A stretch of DNA of 64,000 bases from contig JAVZHX010000002.1 of NCBI GenBank assembly GCA_038871515.1, positions 4,641-68,640 of the forward strand. The letters run 5' to 3'. Below, one piece after another: positions 49,128-56,145 of this stretch. The translations under genes were made by a program, and so were the position numbers. Origin of the DNA: Candidatus Micrarchaeia archaeon (lineage in GTDB: Archaea > Micrarchaeota > Micrarchaeia > Burarchaeales > Fermentimicrarchaeaceae). The first letter of the stretch is position 1. Every line of letters begins with the position of its first letter. The notes under the pieces are model-generated. The model was not told where the DNA came from, ran no database searches, and worked only from the letters and a program-made list of their open reading frames with translations.

Positions 49128-49258
49128 AATTTATTTGCAAAGCCCTCCATTCCAGCTTTGCACACAAATTAGCCATTTTTAAGAATCGGTCCTTCGTTTA
49201 TGTGCAACCAGCTGAATTTATGTGCAACGGTTAGTTTATGTGCAAAGCCCTCCATTCC
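49128..49258. repeat. Array of five TTTRTKTGCAA motifs (four direct, one inverted); two copies extend to AGCCCTCCATTCC
   Basis: Copies at about 49130, 49158 (inverted), 49197, 49217 and 49235; the first two form a 14/16 inverted repeat. Confidence 0.85.
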
Positions 49259-49274
49259 GAAAAGTTTATAAATA
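49258..49274 (+). promoter_or_regulatory. Archaeal BRE + TATA box (CGAAAAG TTTATAAATA)
   Basis: Close match to the archaeal consensus; implies a start site near 49293. Confidence 0.7.
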
Positions 49275-49292
49275 ACATATGAATTAAAATAA

Positions 49293-49464
49293 GGGAAGCA
49301 TATGACAGCCGAAGTTAATCATCTGCCTTATTGCATGTGTCTTCTTTCTAGCTTCGGCTTTAAGCTGATTATTAAGCTCAGGTGCTGAGAGTCAGCAGCG
49401 TGTTTTGAGTTCTTAAATCTCTTGTTTTGCTGCTGTCTCTCTGTTTCAAAAACGAGGTGAGAGA
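49293..49464 (+). ncRNA. Candidate structured leader / cis-regulatory RNA (two crossed stem pairs)
   Basis: Four 11-14 bp helices found by eye, with G-U pairs favouring the + strand; no family recognised. Confidence 0.45.
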
Positions 49465-49626
49465 ATGCAAGATGGGTGTGAACGGGGTTGGAATGGAAGG
49501 GGGCTGAGATGTAGCGGATGCGAGAAGGAAGTTGGGAAAAAGGAGTTCTTTGCCGAGATAGAGGAGTGGAATGGGGAGAAGAAGGTGTTTTGCGGGAGGT
49601 GTTTTGACAGATGGTTGAGGGAATGA
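49465..49626 (+). CDS. 53-aa Zn-finger microprotein (CxxC-x23-CxxC)
   Basis: GAGGTGA RBS with 4-nt spacing; MQDGCERGWNGRGLRCSGCEKEVGKKEFFAEIEEWNGEKKVFCGRCFDRWLRE; not in the ORF track. Confidence 0.7.
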   Translation: MQDGCERGWNGRGLRCSGCEKEVGKKEFFAEIEEWNGEKKVFCGRCFDRWLRE

Positions 49627-49773
49627 TATGTATAGCGAAAGGGAGTTGAGAAGACTCCGGGAGCATACGCTTATGGTTGTGAGAGTAATGCTTTCTGACG
49701 AGGAGTCAGAAGTTCCTTAATGCTCGAGCTCCTTTTGGGAGTTTCGAAGGCCAACAGCTACCACCTCCAATCA

Positions 49774-49868
49774 GGCTCCGGGCAGCCGGAAAGAATTGTA
49801 AAACAATCCGCATGGCTCGTGTTGATTGAACACGGGGCGACCGGGAATCCGGAAGCTGTTCCGGAGCC
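49774..49868 (+). ncRNA. Candidate four-way-junction structured RNA
   Basis: Closing helix GGCTCCGG-GCAGC / GCTGT-T-CCGGAGCC enclosing three hairpins; locally GC-rich. Confidence 0.5.
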
Positions 49869-49913
49869 GCATATTTATAAATGGTGGATTCAAAATTATT
49901 AACAGGTGGATGG

Positions 49914-50048
49914 ATGGTTGTTGTGAAAATGAAGGATAAGGAGGTTGAGGTAAGCCAGAAGGAAGCTATGGAGAGATTTAGCGGTGGGTTGATTGGGCAG
50001 AAGAGACCTGTTGATGATTTCAAGAGATTTGCGCTTGACGTCAGGTAA
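49914..50048 (+). CDS. Hypothetical 44-aa protein
   Basis: TTTATAAA box upstream, GGTGG RBS, MVVVKMKDKEVEVSQKEAMERFSGGLIGQKRPVDDFKRFALDVR; 5 nt before the next gene. Confidence 0.6.
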   Translation: MVVVKMKDKEVEVSQKEAMERFSGGLIGQKRPVDDFKRFALDVR

Positions 50049-50053
50049 TCCTT

Positions 50054-50308
50054 ATGGAGTTTATATTGAAGTGGATACTGCCGAAGGATGAAAGGACTTT
50101 GCATAGGTGGCTTGTCGCGATTGAGCTTTTCAACGTACTTCTTTCGTTTTTTGTGCTTGTTCTGCTTGTTTTAACTCTGATTGCATGGGACCCCATCTGG
50201 GCGTTTAAGTTTGGTGTTCTTTTGCTTGTGTTCGTGATTGGACTTTCAACGTTGAATGTAATGCAGTATTTGCTTGCAGTGGAGTTCAACACAAGAAAGA
50301 AGAGGTAG
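50054..50308 (+). CDS. Small 2-TM membrane protein
   Basis: Two hydrophobic helices, basic C-terminus. Confidence 0.7.
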   Translation: MEFILKWILPKDERTLHRWLVAIELFNVLLSFFVLVLLVLTLIAWDPIWAFKFGVLLLVFVIGLSTLNVMQYLLAVEFNTRKKR

Positions 50309-50316
50309 GTGGTTGA

Positions 50317-51177
50317 ATGAGGTGGCTGTTGGTTTGTCTTTTGGTAACTTGCCTTGCTTTTGCTGCTGAGCTTGATGCGGTGCTGACTGATGAAACTCCT
50401 CTGGCTGGAACGAACTGCAGGGAGAGAGGTGGAGCAACTTATTATGAGGTTGCAGTTGCGATACAGAATCCATCCTCAACAAGCTCACTGAGAGTCACCT
50501 ATGAATATTACAATTCATCATCAGGGAGTTATGAGTACGGCGGGAAGGTTTGTGACGTGAAGGCTGGGATGAGAGAGGCATGCGTATTCAAAGTGTATAC
50601 AATTACTGGAGGGAAGAATGGAACGGAGAGAATTCCTTTCAATATAACAGGTGAGTTTGGTGAGTTTAGAACGAGAGTTTCAAAAGTGCTTGAGGTTACT
50701 GTGAACCACTATACAAGCGCGTACGAGGAGAATGTTATGAGAAAGATTGCTGAGGCAAGGGAGCGTTACAGCAGAGTTTACGAGAAGTACAGCGGTTGTT
50801 ATGATACATCTGGTTTAGTTTTGCTACAACAGGCGCAGAGTCTTATTGAGGAAGCTAGAAATCAGCTGACGATATGCAACCTGCAAGGGGCGAATGCGCT
50901 TGCAGTCAATGCAACAAGCAAAGTTCTTGAAGCAGAAAGCTATCTAGGGAAGTGCGGTGAAACGCCAGAGGAGAATACAACCCCGCCTGTTGAGGAGAAT
51001 CAAACTCCTGTTGTGAATGAAACTTCACAACCAAAAGAGAATCAAACTCAGCCAGAGGTGAAAGTAAATGAAACTGTTGAGAAGAATGTTACCGATGTGA
51101 CAAGCGCGCTTATGAAAGCCTGCATCCCATTTTTCATTCTACTAATGCTGTTCTGCGTTGCTGTGGTTAGTGTTTGA
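50317..51177 (+). CDS. Secreted surface protein with Ig-like domain, P/T/E/N linker and Cys-led C-terminal membrane anchor
   Basis: Signal peptide; ENTTPPVEENQTPVVNETSQP linker; KACIPFFILLMLFCVAVVSV tail. Confidence 0.8.
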   Translation: MRWLLVCLLVTCLAFAAELDAVLTDETPLAGTNCRERGGATYYEVAVAIQNPSSTSSLRVTYEYYNSSSGSYEYGGKVCDVKAGMREACVFKVYTITGGKNGTERIPFNITGEFGEFRTRVSKVLEVTVNHYTSAYEENVMRKIAEARERYSRVYEKYSGCYDTSGLVLLQQAQSLIEEARNQLTICNLQGANALAVNATSKVLEAESYLGKCGETPEENTTPPVEENQTPVVNETSQPKENQTQPEVKVNETVEKNVTDVTSALMKACIPFFILLMLFCVAVVSV

Positions 51178-52705
51178 AGTGCCGTATTCCTGTGAAAACC
51201 ATCGCTATTCCGTACTGGTTGCACGCATCTATTACTTCCTGATCCTTTCTTGAGCCTCCTGGCTGTATTATTGCGGTTACACCCGCTTTTGCAGCAACGT
51301 CAATTGAATCTCTGAATGGGAAGAACGCATCTGAAGCAAGCACCGCTCCCTTCAACAGCTCCGCAGCTTTCATAGCGCCAAGTTTTGATGAGTCAGAGCG
51401 CTTCATCTGTCCAGCTCCAATTCCCACAGTTCTATCCTCAAAAGCGTAAACAACAGCATTTGATTTCACATGCTTGCAAACCTTCCAAGCAAAAAGCAGA
51501 GCTCTCATCTCTTTTTCAGTTGGTTTTCTTTTTGTCACAACTTTCAGCTCATCAAGTAGAAGCTTCGTGTTTCTCTCCTGAACAAGCACCCCTCCGTCTA
51601 TTGTTCTGAACTCCAGTCTCTCCTGCTTTTTTGTTGAAAAACCTCCAAGCTCAAGCACCCTCATATCCTTTCTCCTGCTGAATATTTCAAGCGCCTCTTT
51701 TGAGTATGAAGGGGCAAGCACAACGTCCGTGAGTATAGTTGTTATCTGGCTGGCTGTATCGCCGTCAACAGCTCTGTTTAGCGCAACAACTCCTCCAAAA
51801 GCAGCCTCTGGGTCGGTTGCTTTTGCTTTCAGGTAAGCTTCCTTTATATTTTTGCCAATTGCAACTCCACATGGGTTATTATGCTTCACTATAACCGCAG
51901 CAGGCTCCTCAAACTCCTTAAGAAGCTCCAAAGCAGAGTCAGCGTCAAGAAGGTTGTTGTATGAAAGCTCTTTACCTTGCAGTTTTTTTGCTTTTGAAAC
52001 GGATGTTTCGTCAGCTTCATTTCTTTTATAAAATGCCCCTCTCTGATGAGGGTTTTCACCGTAACGCAGCTCCATTTCTTTCTGAAGAGCCAGCAAAATA
52101 AACGGGGGAAACAGCTCACCTGAAAACTTCTTTTCAAAGTAATTTGAGATTGCCACTTCGTATTTTGCGGTATATTGGAATGCTTTGAGAGCAAGCTTCT
52201 CCCTTGTTCTATCTGAGAGTGATTCAGTTTTCTTTATTTCATTCATTACTTCCGTGTAATCTGATGGGTCAACCACCACCCCAACGTGCTTGTAATTCTT
52301 TGCAGCTGCCCGTATTAAAGTAACTCCTCCAATATCTATGTTCTCAACTGCCTCTTCGTGCTTCGCTCCATAGGCAAACTTTTCAAAAGGATAGAGGTTC
52401 ACAACCACCAAATCAATTTCAGGTATTCCAAGCTCGGTTAGCTGCCGCATATGTTCCTTCTTTTCTCTCGCTGCGAGTATGCCTGCCTGAATTTTGGGGT
52501 GAAGTGTTTTAACTCTTCCCTCAAGCATCTCCGGGAAACCAGTCAGCTCTGAAACTTCTTTCGTTTTTATTCCATGCTCCCTCAAAAATTTCGCTGTTCC
52601 GCCAGTTGAGATAAGCTCAACACCAATTTTTGAAAGCTCGGTTGCGAATGAAGCAATTCCCGTCTTGTCTGAAACGCTTATCAGCACTGTTTTTATTTTT
52701 TGCAT
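51167..52705 (-). CDS. purH: Bifunctional AICAR transformylase/IMP cyclohydrolase (bacterial-type PurH)
   Basis: ISVSDK.G, STGGT, GRVKTLHP, LRYGENPHQ, KHNNPCG, ASDAFFPF.D, QPGGS, RHFKH. Confidence 0.97.
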   Translation of the reverse strand: MQKIKTVLISVSDKTGIASFATELSKIGVELISTGGTAKFLREHGIKTKEVSELTGFPEMLEGRVKTLHPKIQAGILAAREKKEHMRQLTELGIPEIDLVVVNLYPFEKFAYGAKHEEAVENIDIGGVTLIRAAAKNYKHVGVVVDPSDYTEVMNEIKKTESLSDRTREKLALKAFQYTAKYEVAISNYFEKKFSGELFPPFILLALQKEMELRYGENPHQRGAFYKRNEADETSVSKAKKLQGKELSYNNLLDADSALELLKEFEEPAAVIVKHNNPCGVAIGKNIKEAYLKAKATDPEAAFGGVVALNRAVDGDTASQITTILTDVVLAPSYSKEALEIFSRRKDMRVLELGGFSTKKQERLEFRTIDGGVLVQERNTKLLLDELKVVTKRKPTEKEMRALLFAWKVCKHVKSNAVVYAFEDRTVGIGAGQMKRSDSSKLGAMKAAELLKGAVLASDAFFPFRDSIDVAAKAGVTAIIQPGGSRKDQEVIDACNQYGIAMVFTGIRHFKH

Positions 52706-52763
52706 AGAGTAAGCTCACCCCCGCAGAATAACAGAACCAGTTAGAAGTATTACACATGTGGAA

Positions 52764-53117
52764 TTAAAATTGTTTTGGTTGCTCCTGCTTTTTCTGAAAA
52801 AGAAAATTCCACTTTTTATTCCACGCCACCATCCCATCCGTCACTCCTTTCAAATCCTTCCCAGCTTCAGTTACGTAGTAGAACGTCCTTATTGGGTTTG
52901 TCTGAACCTCGCGTTTGATTAAACCATATTTCTCCAAACTTTTTAACCTATCCGCAAGCATCTTTGGGTTCACTCCGGGAGTTGCTCTGAGAAGCTCATT
53001 GAAACCCATTTTTCTATCCGCATAGAGTAACCTCAGGAAAACGCGCGTTGTCCATTTTCTGCCGAATACATCCAGCATAAAGTCAATCGTCTCGCATTTC
53101 TCTTTTGGAGTTTCCAT
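52764..53117 (-). CDS. HxlR-family winged-helix transcriptional regulator
   Basis: GRKWT, FNEL....GVNPKML..RLK.LE..GLI.R, Y.VTE.G. Confidence 0.92.
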   Translation of the reverse strand: METPKEKCETIDFMLDVFGRKWTTRVFLRLLYADRKMGFNELLRATPGVNPKMLADRLKSLEKYGLIKREVQTNPIRTFYYVTEAGKDLKGVTDGMVAWNKKWNFLFQKKQEQPKQF

Positions 53118-53129
53118 AGAAAAACCTGT

Positions 53130-53390
53130 TTACTGAGTTTCCCTGCTCCACAGAACAAGGAGAATTGCAAAAAGAATAACAGGTGAGCTGAAGTATAAAA
53201 TGAAATCGCGAAGAAGGTTTATGTGGAATGAATCACCTGCGAGCTGTGGGAAAAGAAGCGATAGGAGAAGAAAAACGATAAGAGTTATAATATATAGAAC
53301 TGTTATGAAGTAGCTTGCCCAGAGAAAGAATTTCTTCCTTGTTTTCTTGCTCCACCACTCGCTTCTATACCCTTTCCCAGTAATCTCCAT
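53130..53390 (-). CDS. Small 2-TM membrane protein
   Basis: Two hydrophobic segments; operon-like spacing. Confidence 0.65.
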   Translation of the reverse strand: MEITGKGYRSEWWSKKTRKKFFLWASYFITVLYIITLIVFLLLSLLFPQLAGDSFHINLLRDFILYFSSPVILFAILLVLWSRETQ

Positions 53391-53440
53391 AGAATATCAC
53401 TGTTTATTATTAGCGAGAGATGGATTATTATACTTTCTGT

Positions 53441-54781
53441 TTAGCAGTAATCACAGAAACGGCATTGGTTGGAAGTTCTGCAGGTGCATCCAGCTCCACA
53501 ATCGCAGCAGTATCTGTTTGCTGGGCAGCCGCAATCTTGGCAGCAGGTTGTTTGCGTTTCGCCACCGTTACATATTCCATCACCGCAGTATGGAGCAACG
53601 CAGTTGCCATTTTGGCATGTGCCACCGTTTGGGCATACACTTATTGAGTTGCAGCACGTTACGTTGTGCGTCAAATCTGAGCATAGTTTAGTGCCCTTAT
53701 TCTGGTTGTTGCATACCGTCAACCATCCCGTGCAGTACGGGGAACACTCCGTGTGACATTTTCCATCTTCCCCTGTGCAGTCAGAGTTGCAACAATCCTG
53801 AGGGCAGGTTGAGTAGCTTTCCCCTGCTTCGCAGATAGAGTTGCCACAGCACGGAGTGATTGGTGTGTGGGTGCACTGCGCGTTGCACGTGTTTGGGTTA
53901 TTGCAAAAATCTGTTGTGCACGAGTTTGTATCATCGCATTCAGCATTGCTTGAGCATTCTGGTGTTTCGCATACGCCAGAGCAACAAAGCTGATTCCCAG
54001 CGCACAGATTCCCACAGCTTCCGCAGTTGCTATCATCCTCCAAAAGATTCACCTCGCAGAAATCAGATGGATTTTCGTTGCAGTTTCCATAACCACTCTC
54101 ACATGGAATGCAGCTTCCTGAGGAGCAGTAGCCGCTCTTGCTACAGTTTGTCGGAGTTGGGGTGCCACATGAGGGCGAGCAGTCGTTGCATCTTCCATTG
54201 CTGCACGTTCTCTGGCATGTTGCTGGGTTGGAGGGATAGGAGTAAGCAGTATTGCCATTGCAGTATGGTTGGCATGGTGTGCTGTTATACCCACATTCGG
54301 AATTGGATGAACATTCAGGAGGAGGTTGAATTGCTGAGGAATCCATACAATGGCTCACGAGAGGTTTTTCACCAGTAAATGAATACTCAGTTCCGTAGCG
54401 TGTATCTGTGTATTTTATAACAAGCGGGAAGGAGTACACGCCGGGAGAGCAGCCTACTCCGGTTACGTTAACCTGGGCAGTTTGGCCTGGCTCAAGAGTG
54501 ACTGCGCTGGAAAGTGTGCCGGAGCCTTTTGAGGTTATGCTGCTCACCCTTATTCTGAAGTTTTTGTTGTTTTTTATAACAAGCTGTAACATGGAGGAGT
54601 TAGCCACGTATCTGATGATACCAACGTCCGCAGAAACCCAGTAAGCAGCGCTGTCCCTTTCACTAATCTGTTCATTACCTCCTGCAAAACCACCGGCAAG
54701 GTACATTGCGATACCAGCCATTATTATTACAACTGCCAGAATAACTATGTACTCCGCCCAAGCCTGTCCTCTGGAGAGCAT
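53441..54781 (-). CDS. Class III signal peptide pilin fused to a long Cys-rich disulfide-repeat region
   Basis: SRGQ|AWAEYIVIL; ECSSN.EC twice, DDSNCGSCGNLC, CG..IC..GE....C..DC twice. Confidence 0.85.
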   Translation of the reverse strand: MLSRGQAWAEYIVILAVVIIMAGIAMYLAGGFAGGNEQISERDSAAYWVSADVGIIRYVANSSMLQLVIKNNKNFRIRVSSITSKGSGTLSSAVTLEPGQTAQVNVTGVGCSPGVYSFPLVIKYTDTRYGTEYSFTGEKPLVSHCMDSSAIQPPPECSSNSECGYNSTPCQPYCNGNTAYSYPSNPATCQRTCSNGRCNDCSPSCGTPTPTNCSKSGYCSSGSCIPCESGYGNCNENPSDFCEVNLLEDDSNCGSCGNLCAGNQLCCSGVCETPECSSNAECDDTNSCTTDFCNNPNTCNAQCTHTPITPCCGNSICEAGESYSTCPQDCCNSDCTGEDGKCHTECSPYCTGWLTVCNNQNKGTKLCSDLTHNVTCCNSISVCPNGGTCQNGNCVAPYCGDGICNGGETQTTCCQDCGCPANRYCCDCGAGCTCRTSNQCRFCDYC

Positions 54782-54826
54782 TGAGTAAATGATTAAGTTT
54801 CGCAGTATTTAAGTTTATTGCAGAAG

Positions 54827-54912
54827 TGGACTCGGCGGGAGTCGCACCCGCGGCCTTTCGCATTTTGGAAACAATTCGCCAAGCGAACGCTCTACTGCTG
54901 AGCTACGAGCCC
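54827..54912 (-). tRNA. tRNA-Ala(GGC) with a 14-nt intron at 37/38 (intron 54863-54876)
   Basis: Acceptor GGGCTCG/CGAGTCC with the G3:U70 Ala determinant; TTCGC/GCGAA anticodon stem; TTGG/CCAA central helix of a bulge-helix-bulge/loop motif. Confidence 0.92.
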
Positions 54913-54959
54913 TTCCAGTAATTTTAAATAGATTATTATTAATAATTAATCGTGGAAGG

Positions 54960-55409
54960 ATGGATTTGAAGCTTTACAAACGGCCGGTTTGCTCGCTTTC
55001 TATAACAGGAGAGAGAGTGAGAGTAACACCTGGGATAATCGCAAAGTTCTCCTCAGCTCTTTCTGAAAAAATGATAAACATCTACTGCATATCAATGGGC
55101 GAATACTCAGTTAGCTTTTTTGTTGATGATGCAGATATGGAGAAGGCAAGGGATGCGTTGGAGGAGATTGTTTCAAAAACAGCATCTCTCGGCGCGCTTT
55201 CAATAATGAGAAACCTTGGGATGGTTACAGTTACAGGCACGGAGTTTATGAATAAACCAGGGGTTATAGCAAAGCTTGGCGAGGTGCTTGCCAAGAATAA
55301 AATAAACATAGTGAGCATTTCAACGAGCTTTGACTCAGCTGTGCTCATTCTGAATTGGAATGACTGCAGGAAAGCATATGAGGCAATAGGAAAGGATTTT
55401 AGGTTGTAG
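54960..55409 (+). CDS. Tandem ACT-domain protein (aspartokinase-regulatory/CASTOR-like)
   Basis: Two repeats of G.....PG.IAK....L....INI..IS. Confidence 0.88.
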   Translation: MDLKLYKRPVCSLSITGERVRVTPGIIAKFSSALSEKMINIYCISMGEYSVSFFVDDADMEKARDALEEIVSKTASLGALSIMRNLGMVTVTGTEFMNKPGVIAKLGEVLAKNKINIVSISTSFDSAVLILNWNDCRKAYEAIGKDFRL

Positions 55410-55634
55410 CTATGAAGGGGATATGAAAACGATGTTATCCCCCCTCACAAGCATCGTGCCGAGCTTCCTTTTCACCTCTCCGTTCTCAAGCTGCTCGGCA
55501 TTCTCAAGCACGATGTTCATATGAACGTCATATGAAACCATCGTTCCTCTCACTTCCACTCCTCCCTTCAGCTTCAGCAGAACACTGCCTCCAAGCGCTC
55601 CATTCAAAACGTCAAAAGGTCTTTTTTCTGTCAT
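55410..55634 (-). CDS. Sm-like archaeal protein (Lsm/SmAP1)
   Basis: RPFDVL, RG.MVSYD.HMN.VL, LVRGDNIVFISP. Confidence 0.96.
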   Translation of the reverse strand: MTEKRPFDVLNGALGGSVLLKLKGGVEVRGTMVSYDVHMNIVLENAEQLENGEVKRKLGTMLVRGDNIVFISPS

Positions 55635-55686
55635 AGTTCACCTCTAAAAAATAACGAATACTTAACACCTCTGCTCTATATAAAGC

Positions 55687-56145
55687 TTAGCGTGTATCCG
55701 CGAATATCACAATGTCAGCAGTTTTCTTTAAAGCAACGCTGAAGCCAGGGTCAGCGCCTATTACAATTGTCTCCTTCCCCTTCTCCTTTGCTTTCACTAT
55801 AACCGGCCTGAAGTCAATATCCCTTGTCATCAGAGCAAGTATGTGGATGTTTGGGTTGAAAACCTGCTCAACTGCGTAAACTGCCATAGTCACATCAACA
55901 TCGCCTGTTGTTATCACAGGTTCGTACCCCTGGTTGGTAACCGCTTCTATTAATTTATCCGATGCATACTGGTCAAGAAAAACCTTGCATATCTTTATCT
56001 TTCCGTACTTTTCAACTTTTTTCTTCACTCCCTCCAAATCAACATTCACATCTTTCCTTATCACATTCGGTCCATCCACAAGCAGAGCTATGTTTTTCTC
56101 CTCCCTGTGCTTTACAAGAGATTTTATTTTTTCAATCACAGCCAT
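55687..56145 (-). CDS. NYN-domain protein (TIGR00288/LabA-DUF88)
   Basis: LVDGPN, DVDV.MAV.A, TRD.DF.P, FS.AL...AD. Confidence 0.92.
   Translation of the reverse strand: MAVIEKIKSLVKHREEKNIALLVDGPNVIRKDVNVDLEGVKKKVEKYGKIKICKVFLDQYASDKLIEAVTNQGYEPVITTGDVDVTMAVYAVEQVFNPNIHILALMTRDIDFRPVIVKAKEKGKETIVIGADPGFSVALKKTADIVIFADTR

Noticed and set aside
49128..49258. Possible CRISPR array
   Set aside because: Repeats are only 11-24 bp with 7-9 bp or irregular spacers, one copy is inverted, and there are no cas genes in the window.
49380..49400. TPP riboswitch (CTGAGA motif; thiamine genes within about 4-7 kb)
   Set aside because: No CCTGA..TAA..GCG.AGGGA second arm, and it is not upstream of a thiamine gene.
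49672..49768. Minus-strand 27-aa ORF MAFETPKRSSSIKELLTPRQKALLSQP behind GGAGGTG
   Set aside because: Very short, atypical RBS spacing, and it conflicts with + strand structure evidence; cannot be supported without conservation data.
49690..49870. 5S rRNA, SRP RNA, RNase P RNA, hammerhead ribozyme, cobalamin riboswitch or group II intron domain V
   Set aside because: Only fragments match (GAAGTTCC, CTGACGAG, GGGAATCCGG, GAGCCGCAT). The required partner motifs and helices are absent.
49328..50104. ORF-track ORFs 49328-49666 (-), 49706-50104 (-) and 49720-49902 (+)
   Set aside because: Atypical composition and no convincing RBS. They overlap better-supported + strand micro-ORFs and structured RNA candidates.
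41868..54912. Integrated element bounded by the two tRNAs
   Set aside because: No integrase, no duplicated tRNA 3' end noticed, and the interval holds ribosomal and other core genes.
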